Positions 9,192 through 17,758 of a DNA stretch of 64,000 bases are shown piece after piece. Position 1 is the first letter of the stretch. Each line of letters begins with the position of its first letter. Source of the DNA: an uncultured bacterium. Its GTDB lineage: Bacteria > Krumholzibacteriota > Krumholzibacteriia > JACNKJ01. The DNA lies in contig CAYNQX010000015.1 in assembly GCA_964399495.1 (NCBI GenBank), positions 7,380 to 71,379 on the forward strand, given 5' to 3'. Below the pieces are notes generated by a model, which worked only from the letters and a program-made list of their open reading frames with translations, did no database searches and was not told the DNA's origin. Both the position numbers and the translations under genes were made by a program.

Positions 9192-11324
9192 TCAGAAGCC
9201 CAGCAAAGATCCCAACTGGAATACGGCCAGCGCGAGCAGATAGGCCATGCCGGTCAGGCCCGCCCACTGCAGCAGGGCGTAGCCCCAGCGCCCCGACTCC
9301 CTGCGCGTGATCGCGAAGGTGGCCATGCAGGGCGTGGCCAGAAGCGCGAAAATCAACACGGATAACCCCTGCAGCGGCGTGTAGGCGCGTTTCAGTTCGT
9401 CGCGCAGGCCCGTGGAGTGCTCGTCGACCTCGCCCAGGGAGAAGATGATCCCGAGCTGCGCGACGAACACCTCCTTCGCCGCGAAGGCGCCCAGGAAGGC
9501 GGTGTTGATGCGCCAGTCGAAGCCCAGGGGGGCCATCACCGGCTGGAGGGCGCGACCGAGACGACCGGCGATCGAGTACTCGAGGGCTTCGCCCGCGCGG
9601 GCCGCCTCGAGTTCCTCGGCGCTCAGGCTCTGCCCGGCGGCGGCGGCTTCGCGATCCACCCGGTACTCCGCCGGCCGCGGAAAGCTCATGAGCCCCCACA
9701 GCAGCACGGAGATCACGAGAATGATCGTGCCCGCCTTGCGCAGGTACATCCAGGAGCGCTGCCACATGTGGATGCCCACGCTGCGCCCGGTGGGACGGCG
9801 ATAGGGCGGCAGCTCCATGACGAAAGGCGTCTCCTGGCCGGCCAGCATGCTCGCGCTCAGGATCCGCGCCATCACGAGGCCGAGCAGGATCCCCAGCATG
9901 TAGAGCCCGAACAGCACCGGCGTATGCCAGCTCCGCGGGAAGAAGGCGGGAATCAGCAGCAGGTAGATCGGCAGCCGCGCCCCGCAGGAGATGAAGGGCA
10001 GAATCAACATGGTCACGATGCGGTCGCGGCGGCTGGGCAGCGCGCGCGTGGCCATGATGGCCGGCACGGTGCAGCCGAAGCCGATCAGCATCGGGATGAA
10101 GCTCTTGCCGTGCAGGCCGAAGCGGTGCATCACGCGGTCCATGATGAACGCGGCCCTGGCCATGTAGCCCGTGTCCTCGAGAATGCTGATGCCGAGGAAC
10201 AGCAGGACGATGTTGGGCAGGAACACCAGCACGCCGCCGACGCCGCCGATGATGCCGTCCACGATGAGCGAGCGCAACCACTCGGCGCGGCCCGCGGGCC
10301 AGCCGGCGTTGGCGCCGTCGGCGAGCATGCCGAAGAGGGCGTCGATGCCGTCCATGAGGGGCGTGCCCAGGGTGAAGGTGAGCCAGAAGAGACCGTACAT
10401 GAACAGCAGGAAGATCGGCAGGCCGAGAAAGCGGTGGGTGAGGACGGCGTCCACCTTCTCGCTCTCGGTGATGCGGTCGGTGCGGGGCGGCCGGCGCGTG
10501 ACCTCGCGCGCGATGCCGGCGGCGAAGCCGTAGCGGCGGTCGGCGATGAGCACCGCGGGCGCATCGTTGTACTTGCGGGTGATCCGCTCGATCACATGGC
10601 TCAGGTGAGCCTGGAGCTCCTGACGATCGGCGTGCAGGCCCTCGACGGCCGCGGTCACCTCGAGATCGCCCTCCAGGAGCTTGATCGCCGCGTAGCGCGG
10701 CGAGAAGCGCAGGCCCTCGAGATCCGCGAACATCTCGGCGAGCGTGGTGATTTCCCCCTCGAGGTCGTCGCCGTAGTCCACCCGGCGGGGCTCCGAGCTG
10801 CCGGCGGCCGCCGCGCGCAGGGCCTGTTTCAGCTCGTCCACGCCGCCGCCCTTGTGCCCGACGGTCTCCACCACCGGCGCGCCGGTGAGTTCGCTCAGGC
10901 GCTGGAGGTCGAGCACCTGCCCCTGCTCCCGCGCCATGTCGGCCATGTTGAGCACGAGGGCCAGGTTGACGTCGAGCTCCATGAGCTGCACGGCCAGGTG
11001 GAGGTTGCGCTCCAGGTTGGAGCTGTCGATCACGTCCACCACCACGTCCGGCTTCTCGTCGAGCAGGAAACGGCGGGCGACGCGCTCCTCGTCGCTGAGC
11101 GCGTTCAGGCTGTAGGTGCCGGGCAGGTCGACGAGCTGCATGGGGCCGCCCGCGCCGCGCAGCTTGCCCCACTTCTTCTCCACCGTGACGCCGGGGTAGT
11201 TGCCCACGTGCTGGTGGCCGCCGGTGAGGCGGTTGAAGATGCTGGTCTTGCCGGAGTTGGGGTTGCCCGCCAGGGCCACGGTGATCTCGCGGTTGCGCAG
11301 CAGTTCGCCGGGAATGTTCGCCAT
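9192..11324 (-). CDS. feoB: Ferrous iron transporter B
   Basis: GNPNSGKT, GNYPGVTVE, DLPGTYSL GTPase motifs; GFGCTVPA, PFISCGARLP, FVMELPPY and TPC gate/core motifs. Confidence 0.97.
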   Translation of the reverse strand: MANIPGELLRNREITVALAGNPNSGKTSIFNRLTGGHQHVGNYPGVTVEKKWGKLRGAGGPMQLVDLPGTYSLNALSDEERVARRFLLDEKPDVVVDVIDSSNLERNLHLAVQLMELDVNLALVLNMADMAREQGQVLDLQRLSELTGAPVVETVGHKGGGVDELKQALRAAAAGSSEPRRVDYGDDLEGEITTLAEMFADLEGLRFSPRYAAIKLLEGDLEVTAAVEGLHADRQELQAHLSHVIERITRKYNDAPAVLIADRRYGFAAGIAREVTRRPPRTDRITESEKVDAVLTHRFLGLPIFLLFMYGLFWLTFTLGTPLMDGIDALFGMLADGANAGWPAGRAEWLRSLIVDGIIGGVGGVLVFLPNIVLLFLGISILEDTGYMARAAFIMDRVMHRFGLHGKSFIPMLIGFGCTVPAIMATRALPSRRDRIVTMLILPFISCGARLPIYLLLIPAFFPRSWHTPVLFGLYMLGILLGLVMARILSASMLAGQETPFVMELPPYRRPTGRSVGIHMWQRSWMYLRKAGTIILVISVLLWGLMSFPRPAEYRVDREAAAAGQSLSAEELEAARAGEALEYSIAGRLGRALQPVMAPLGFDWRINTAFLGAFAAKEVFVAQLGIIFSLGEVDEHSTGLRDELKRAYTPLQGLSVLIFALLATPCMATFAITRRESGRWGYALLQWAGLTGMAYLLALAVFQLGSLLGF

Positions 11325-11339
11325 GGGTCGGGGGCCTTC

Positions 11340-12110
11340 CTAGAGACGTTCCACGCCGATGGTGGCGGCCTCGGACTTCCTCAGGGAGAGGTGGAAGCCC
11401 TTCAGCTTGATGTCGATGGGGTCGCCCAGGGGCGCCACGCGCTGCATGATGAGCTCGACGCCGGGCAAGAGGCCCAGGTCGAGCAGGCGCTGGCGGATCT
11501 CCGACGCCGCTCGCACGCTCACCACGCGGCCGCGCTGCCCGGGCTCGAGCCTGTCCAGGGTCACGACGCCCTGGCCGCGGCTGAACATGGCGATGTTCTC
11601 GCTGGCGAAGCCCTCGGAGCAGGCGTCGGTGCGGCAGCTCAGGGTCGCGCGGTCCCCGTCGCCGTTCTGGCCTGCGGTGTAGCACTCGTGGAAACGCTGC
11701 ACGATATCGCCGCCCGCTTTGGGGCAGCCCTTGAGGAACTCGACGAAGCCGGCCAGGCGATCGAGCGTCTCCAGGCTGATCACGTGCTCCACCGAGCAGG
11801 CGTCCTGCTCGGCCGTGGTGTGCGTGACGCCGAGGATCTCGGTGAAGAAGCGCGTGATGAACTCGTGGCGCTGCAGCACGCGGTTGGCGAGCTCGTGCCC
11901 CTCGGGGGTGAGGCTCACGGTCTCCCGCGCCTTGTAGTCGATCAGCTTCTCCGCGGCCAGGCGCTTCAGCGCGCCGGTGACGCTGGCCATGCGCACGGAC
12001 TTGCGCTGGGCGATGTCCTTCGCCCGCGCCACGCCCTTCTCCTGGACGAGCTGGAGGATGATCTCCAGGTAGTCCTCGAGGCTCTCGCTGAGGTTGCTGA
12101 TATGCGCCAT
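11340..12110 (-). CDS. DtxR/MntR-family metal-dependent repressor with C-terminal FeoA domain
   Basis: SLEDYLEII, SVTGALKRL, RHEFITRFF and ACSVEH motifs; C-terminal RQRLLDLGLLPG...APLGDPI FeoA motif. Confidence 0.92.
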   Translation of the reverse strand: MAHISNLSESLEDYLEIILQLVQEKGVARAKDIAQRKSVRMASVTGALKRLAAEKLIDYKARETVSLTPEGHELANRVLQRHEFITRFFTEILGVTHTTAEQDACSVEHVISLETLDRLAGFVEFLKGCPKAGGDIVQRFHECYTAGQNGDGDRATLSCRTDACSEGFASENIAMFSRGQGVVTLDRLEPGQRGRVVSVRAASEIRQRLLDLGLLPGVELIMQRVAPLGDPIDIKLKGFHLSLRKSEAATIGVERL

Positions 12111-12137
12111 AGCTGCTGCCTTTCACCGGATCGAGTG

Positions 12138-12156
12138 AGAAGTTAGCCCAACCTAA
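12138..12156. promoter_or_regulatory. DtxR/IdeR-type operator overlapping a sigma70-like promoter of the dtxR-feoB operon
   Basis: AGAAGTTAGCCCAACCTAA matches 15/19 of TWAGGTWAGSCTWACCTWA; minus strand TTGAAC (12168-12163)-N17-TAACTT (12145-12140). Confidence 0.75.
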
Positions 12157-12202
12157 GTCATCGTTCAAGGGGGGAATCCGCTGAAGTCGGATTTCCGGGC
12201 GA

Positions 12203-13387
12203 TCAGTCCAGCTGGAGGGCGAGCGCGCCGAGGTAGCGGGTCTCGGGCATGCCGGGAAGCACGGGATGGTCGGCGCCCTGTCCGCCGCGGTGGAGGATGC
12301 GCGCGCGGCGCCCCGCCTTGCGCAGGGCGCGGAGCACCGTGCCCTGCCATACATGCTCCTCCACCGGGTAGGTGCAGGAGCAGCTGATCAGGATGCCGCC
12401 CGGCGCCACGCGGCCGGCGGCCTTGCGGTTTAGGTGCAGGTAGGCGTCCAGCGCCGCCTTCGCGTCGCCGCGGCCCTTCGCGAGCGCCGGCGGATCCAGC
12501 ACGACGATCTCCCAGTCGCCATGGGGCCAGCCGGGCGCGCCCTTGTCGCCGCGCATGAGGTCGAGCGCCTTGAAGCGGCAACGCTCCGCGAGGCCGTTCG
12601 CCGCGGCGCTCTCGCGGGCGAGGGCCAGGGCGGGCTCGGAGCGGTCGAGGCCCAGCACCTCGGCGGCGCCCCCGGCCGCCGCCTGCAGCGCGAAGCCGCC
12701 GGTGTGGCAGAACAGGTCGAGCACGCGCGCGCCCGCGGCCGCGCGGCGCAGCCAGGCGCGGTTGTCGCGCTGGTCCCAGAACCAGCCGCCCTTCATGCCG
12801 CCCACCGGATCCAGGGCGAAGCGCAGGCCGTTCTCCTCGGCCCATGCTTCAATTGGGGCGCTACCGCGCGTTTCCGGTTCGGCGAGGGGTAGGCCTTCCT
12901 TGCGGCGCACGGCGCCGTCGCGGCGGATGACCAGAGCTTCCATGCCCGGCAGGTCCAGGAGAAGGTCGGCGATCGGGGCGGCGTGCGCCTCGGCCACCTG
13001 GGAGTTGAGCTGGAGCACGGCGAAGGAACCGTAGCGGTCGGCGGTGAGGCCGGGCAGGCCGTCGGACTCGCCGTAGAGCAGGCGGTAATGTCCCCCCGGG
13101 TGGATTCGCTCGCGCAGGGCGTGGGCGGCGGCGATCGCCCGCGGCAGGTGCTCGGAGTAGTGGACGGGGCGCCGCGCGTAGATGCGGGCGCGGATGCGCG
13201 AGTCGGGGCTCCAGAGCGCCGCGCCCAGGAAGGCGCCGCGGGAGTCGATGAGGGCCACGCTGTCGCCGGCGGCGAGGCCGTCCGGAGCTTCGGCGATCTC
13301 GCCGTCGTAGGCCCAGCAGTGCCCGCGACGCAGGCGCCGCTCCTCGCGGGGCTTCAGGATGACGTCCGGCAGCTTGGCTTTGCTCAT
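12203..13387 (-). CDS. rlmI: RlmI-like class I SAM-dependent rRNA methyltransferase
   Basis: PUA-like GHCWAY N-terminus, GESDGLPGLTADRY, GMKGGWFWDQRDNR, VLDLFCHTGGF and VVLDPP motifs; ATG 13387 preferred. Confidence 0.8.
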   Translation of the reverse strand: MSKAKLPDVILKPREERRLRRGHCWAYDGEIAEAPDGLAAGDSVALIDSRGAFLGAALWSPDSRIRARIYARRPVHYSEHLPRAIAAAHALRERIHPGGHYRLLYGESDGLPGLTADRYGSFAVLQLNSQVAEAHAAPIADLLLDLPGMEALVIRRDGAVRRKEGLPLAEPETRGSAPIEAWAEENGLRFALDPVGGMKGGWFWDQRDNRAWLRRAAAGARVLDLFCHTGGFALQAAAGGAAEVLGLDRSEPALALARESAAANGLAERCRFKALDLMRGDKGAPGWPHGDWEIVVLDPPALAKGRGDAKAALDAYLHLNRKAAGRVAPGGILISCSCTYPVEEHVWQGTVLRALRKAGRRARILHRGGQGADHPVLPGMPETRYLGALALQLD

Positions 13388-13521
13388 GGCATTCCTCGGC
13401 ACGACAGGGAAGATCGGGGACAGCATAGCCCCGCCGGGATGCGCCGGGGCAGTGAAATCTGCTATAATCCACGACGAAGCAGGATAGGTCGTCCCCTGGA
13501 ACGACTCCGGACAACTCGGCA

Positions 13522-14067
13522 TTGCATCGACTCGCCACGCTCCTCTTGGCTCTGTTTCTCGTCGCCGACGCGCGGGCAGCCACCCTTCGCGTGCCCGGTG
13601 ACTTCCGCACGATTCAACCCGCCATAAACGCCGCCGCCGGCGGCGACACCGTGCGTGTGGCCCCCGGCATCTACCAGGGGCCCGGCAATCGCGATCTCCT
13701 GCTCGAAGGCAAGTCCATCGTCCTGGTCGGCGCCGGCCCCGGGGCGACCCTGATCGACTGCGAGGGGGCCGGCCGCGGCTTCTTCCTGGTCGACGCGGAC
13801 GCTGGCACCCTGCTGCGGGGCTTCACCGTGCTGAACGGACTCGCTCCCGAGGGCGATCTGCCGGGGAAGGGCGGCGGCGCGCTCGTTATCGGCGGGGCGC
13901 CGCGGTTCGAGCGCTGCCTGTTCCTGGGCGGGCGTGCGGATTTCGGAGGCGGATTGGCCGCCGAATGGGGCGCGCGGCTCGCGGTGCGGGACTGCTCGTT
14001 CCGCGACAACCGGGCCGGGATCGACGGCGACGACCTCCACCTGTTCGACGCCGAGCTCGTCCGATGA
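13522..14067 (+). CDS. Short secreted pectin-lyase-like (parallel beta-helix) protein
   Basis: Signal peptide; LRVPGDFRTIQPAINAAAGGDTVRVAPGIY and GFTVLNG motifs; TATAAT at about 13464; TTG start. Confidence 0.7.
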   Translation: MHRLATLLLALFLVADARAATLRVPGDFRTIQPAINAAAGGDTVRVAPGIYQGPGNRDLLLEGKSIVLVGAGPGATLIDCEGAGRGFFLVDADAGTLLRGFTVLNGLAPEGDLPGKGGGALVIGGAPRFERCLFLGGRADFGGGLAAEWGARLAVRDCSFRDNRAGIDGDDLHLFDAELVR

Positions 14068-14126
14068 GCCGGTCGACCCCTGTCCTTCGCCAGGGCGCTC
14101 TGCTACAATTCCGGCGGGAGGACACC

Positions 14127-14999
14127 ATGCGCCACACATCGAAACTCGTCGGATTGCTACTGCTGCTGATCCTGGCCGGCCCCGCCTGGGCCTGCTTTCC
14201 CGTGATGCTGTCGCTCGACACGGCCGGCGACTGCGCCGTGACCACGACGCCCTACGTGTCGAACACCCTTCAGCTCCGGGCCACCGTGCTCGCCGACCTG
14301 GACGGCGTGAGCAGCATCACCCTGAAGGCCGCCGACTGGCCCGGCAGCCCGGGATATCCCGAGGGTGAGATCTTCGAGGCCTGGTACGCGGACGATGTCG
14401 TGGGCGACATCGAGACCGCGCTCACCCTGAGCTGGGATCCCCCGCTCGCCATAGCGGCCGGCGAGGACCTGCTGCTGGGAGAGATGGAGGTGCTGTCCAT
14501 GGCCGAGAGCTGGCCGGGAACGGATGCGCCGCTGTCGTTCGACGGCAGCCTCGTCGACGCCAACGCCCAGGAGTTCGACGCCCTGCGCGCGAACTTCACC
14601 TTCAACTGCACGGGCGGCGACTGCGACTGCCACCCCACCGGCGGCCCGCTGAGCTGGCTGCTGCTGCGCGACCTCACGCCGCCGGCCGGCGATTCCGTGT
14701 CGGACACCTTCCCGCTGGCCTTCACCGTCGAGAGCCACGGCTGCCTGCCCGAGGAGCCGATGGAGTTCACGGGCCTGGTGCAGGTGGAGGGCGGCCCGCA
14801 GTTCGTGATCGGCGGCACCGGCGAGACGCCGCTGCAGTTCGGCATCCATGCGGGGCACGTGTCTCCCGGCGGCGAACTGGCGGTGGATATCCTGCTGGAG
14901 AACGGGGAGATCGTGCGGGAGGCGCGGGTGGTCTATGTGGTGGAGGGTAGCGTGGGTGTGGAGGGGTCGAGCTTTTCGGTGATCAAGTCGCTGTACTGA
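14127..14999 (+). CDS. Secreted Cys-containing hypothetical protein, paralog 1
   Basis: GGAGG RBS, signal peptide, C-terminus GVEGSSFSVIKSLY; similar to the proteins at 15890 and 16808. Confidence 0.78.
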   Translation: MRHTSKLVGLLLLLILAGPAWACFPVMLSLDTAGDCAVTTTPYVSNTLQLRATVLADLDGVSSITLKAADWPGSPGYPEGEIFEAWYADDVVGDIETALTLSWDPPLAIAAGEDLLLGEMEVLSMAESWPGTDAPLSFDGSLVDANAQEFDALRANFTFNCTGGDCDCHPTGGPLSWLLLRDLTPPAGDSVSDTFPLAFTVESHGCLPEEPMEFTGLVQVEGGPQFVIGGTGETPLQFGIHAGHVSPGGELAVDILLENGEIVREARVVYVVEGSVGVEGSSFSVIKSLY

Positions 15000-15005
15000 G
15001 CCACG

Positions 15006-15036
15006 AAAAAGGGAAGGCTCCTCGCGGAACCTCCCC
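15006..15036 (-). terminator. Intrinsic terminator of sodA
   Basis: Minus strand GGGAGGTTCC-GCGA-GGAGCCTTCCC followed by TTTTT. Confidence 0.6.
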
Positions 15037-15057
15037 AGCCCGAAAACCGATGCGAAT

Positions 15058-15663
<606 letters not shown>

Positions 15664-15889
15664 TTGACTCTCCTTGTCGCTTGCGGTGAGTGTGGCGATT
15701 TATGTGGACCAATATAGTCCCATATTGAGACAGCGCAAGGTATTTCGTTGCAAGCAAACCGGTTGCGGATTTCGGGGTTTCGAGGGTTCTAGACCTGCTG
15801 GACCGGAGAGCGGTGAGTCCAATCCGCGCTCGCGTCGGATTTATAGAATGGTGTGTACTTGAGCGACCCCCCGACTCTATACTATCAAT

Positions 15890-16753
15890 ATGTCATTCCG
15901 ACTTCTCGTGATCCTTCCCATCCTGGCACTGATCGCTCCGAGTTCGGCACGGAGCGATTGGATCCACATCTTCGGCGACATCAATGCTGCGCAGTGCGCA
16001 TCATCAGTGATTTCGTTCGAACCCGACACGATCTACTTCCATGCGGATCTCCCCTCTTGCCCCGATGGAATCCGAGGTCTCTCGTTTCGACTGCTGAACT
16101 CCCCGTTCGACGACACCCCAGGCGTTGTCATCACGAGCACCTGGAATTGCGATTCCGTGGTCGGGAGCCTCGCGGATCGCATCACGATGGTCTGGGATGA
16201 ACCCCTGCAGCCGGGTCTCTGGTCTTACTACCAGGCTCTCGGCACCGTCGAGATCATGTCCTACCTATCGAATTGGCCAGGGGTGAATCACAGCCTCAGC
16301 ATCGGCGAGATCGAGATCATCTGTGCGGATGATTCCGTCGTGCTCGGCTGGGATCCCATACCGTTCGCTTTCAATCGCACGGATGGAGTCGATTGCTGGG
16401 ACTGCGATCGATACGGACCCTTCAGTGCGATCTCCGAGCATTCGCCCGTACCGGGTTCGGAAGTATCGACGCCCTCCCAAGCAACGGTCCTCGCGAAGGG
16501 CTATCACGGGTGCGGACGACCTTTGCCCTTCACTTGCGAAATCCGGTGCAACGGCACGCTCGTGGCGATCACGGAGGGCTGGGGCGAGGAACTCGTCGAG
16601 TACGAGATCCCATCGGGTGAACCCGGGGAGCTGATTGCCGTCGAGAGCATGGTACAGATCGGCTGGAGGGAGTTCACGACCGAGTGGAGCTATGAGGTCG
16701 AGGCCACGGCTGCGCGTAAGCAATCGATCTCCGAATTCAGGTCCTTCTACTAG
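15890..16753 (+). CDS. Secreted Cys-containing hypothetical protein, paralog 2
   Basis: Signal peptide; CPDGIRGLSFRL, WNCDSVVG..ITMVWD; C-terminus QSISEFRSFY; lower GC than the flanks. Confidence 0.75.
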   Translation: MSFRLLVILPILALIAPSSARSDWIHIFGDINAAQCASSVISFEPDTIYFHADLPSCPDGIRGLSFRLLNSPFDDTPGVVITSTWNCDSVVGSLADRITMVWDEPLQPGLWSYYQALGTVEIMSYLSNWPGVNHSLSIGEIEIICADDSVVLGWDPIPFAFNRTDGVDCWDCDRYGPFSAISEHSPVPGSEVSTPSQATVLAKGYHGCGRPLPFTCEIRCNGTLVAITEGWGEELVEYEIPSGEPGELIAVESMVQIGWREFTTEWSYEVEATAARKQSISEFRSFY

Positions 16754-16807
16754 TCGCGTGATCGGCTGTGTTCTCGACAAACCTCGAGGCAGTAAGGAGA
16801 TTTCGTC

Positions 16808-17758
16808 ATGCGATCCGCCATCTTTCTCGCGCTTCTTCTGCTCACCCTTCCATCGATTCTGTCGGCGCAAACTTCCGATGGTTTGCGGATGTTCCACCGG
16901 CGGGATTGCTATCTCGATCGTCTGCCCACCTTCACCACTGCCGAACTCGAGTTTTTGGCCGAGATCCCCGAATGCCCCAATGGAATCCTCTCGCTCTCCT
17001 TCCGAATCGCCGACTGGCCCTCGGCCTACCAGGTTCTGATCGTCGGTCAGACTTGGGATGCCGACGTCGTCGAGGGCGACCCGTTCTCAGGCCTGACGCT
17101 TCGATGGGACACCGCCAGGATGCCCGAAGTCCACTCCTGGCACGATCTCGGCGAGGTTCAGGCCATGGTAATGAACGTGGATCCGTTCTTCGATCCTCAC
17201 GTCGTGTACTGCGCCGAGGTCGTCGCGGAAGGCGCGGACGGCAGCCTACATTCCATCGATGGCCCACCCTTCATCCTGCTCTACGACGATAACTCGGGCG
17301 GCTATGGTTGCTGCATGGGTGACCAGTTTAACGGTCGGATTCTGAACATCGACCCGCCCGTGGAGAGCGCAATCGCCCTGCCGGACACCTGCGCCTTCGA
17401 TATTAGCTACCTGCAGTGCGATGAATGGCCGGCGGATTTCAGCTTTATGGTGTATCGGGATGGCGTCCTCGTGGACCAAGGAACGGACTTCGGAGAGAAG
17501 GGGATCCGTTTCCCGATCCTGGACACGAATCAGGACGGAATGGTCGAAGTGAGTGTCGGAATCACCAACGGTTTGGGACAGATTTGGACCTGGCAGTACT
17601 TCGTGGACGGCGTACCCGTCGAGAGCTCATCCGTATCGAAGGTCAAATCGCTCTACGAGACCCGCTACTCGAGTCCCCCCGGGGGAACACCCTCGCGAAC
17701 TAGCTTTCCGACTCCTGCCGCCGCTGAAAAAACAGCCGCAGGCTCAAAGAAAGACTAG
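16808..17758 (+). CDS. Secreted Cys-containing hypothetical protein, paralog 3 (probably extended by stop loss)
   Basis: Signal peptide; CPNGILSLSFRI, WDADVVEG..LTLRWD; the VESSSVSKVKSLY motif ends at 17656 but the frame runs 33 more codons into the convergent gene. Confidence 0.75.
   Translation: MRSAIFLALLLLTLPSILSAQTSDGLRMFHRRDCYLDRLPTFTTAELEFLAEIPECPNGILSLSFRIADWPSAYQVLIVGQTWDADVVEGDPFSGLTLRWDTARMPEVHSWHDLGEVQAMVMNVDPFFDPHVVYCAEVVAEGADGSLHSIDGPPFILLYDDNSGGYGCCMGDQFNGRILNIDPPVESAIALPDTCAFDISYLQCDEWPADFSFMVYRDGVLVDQGTDFGEKGIRFPILDTNQDGMVEVSVGITNGLGQIWTWQYFVDGVPVESSSVSKVKSLYETRYSSPPGGTPSRTSFPTPAAAEKTAAGSKKD

Noticed and set aside
14065-14067. TGA ending the short beta-helix gene as possible Sec
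   Set aside because: No Cys-like context, and the next gene has its own RBS, -10-like element and signal peptide.
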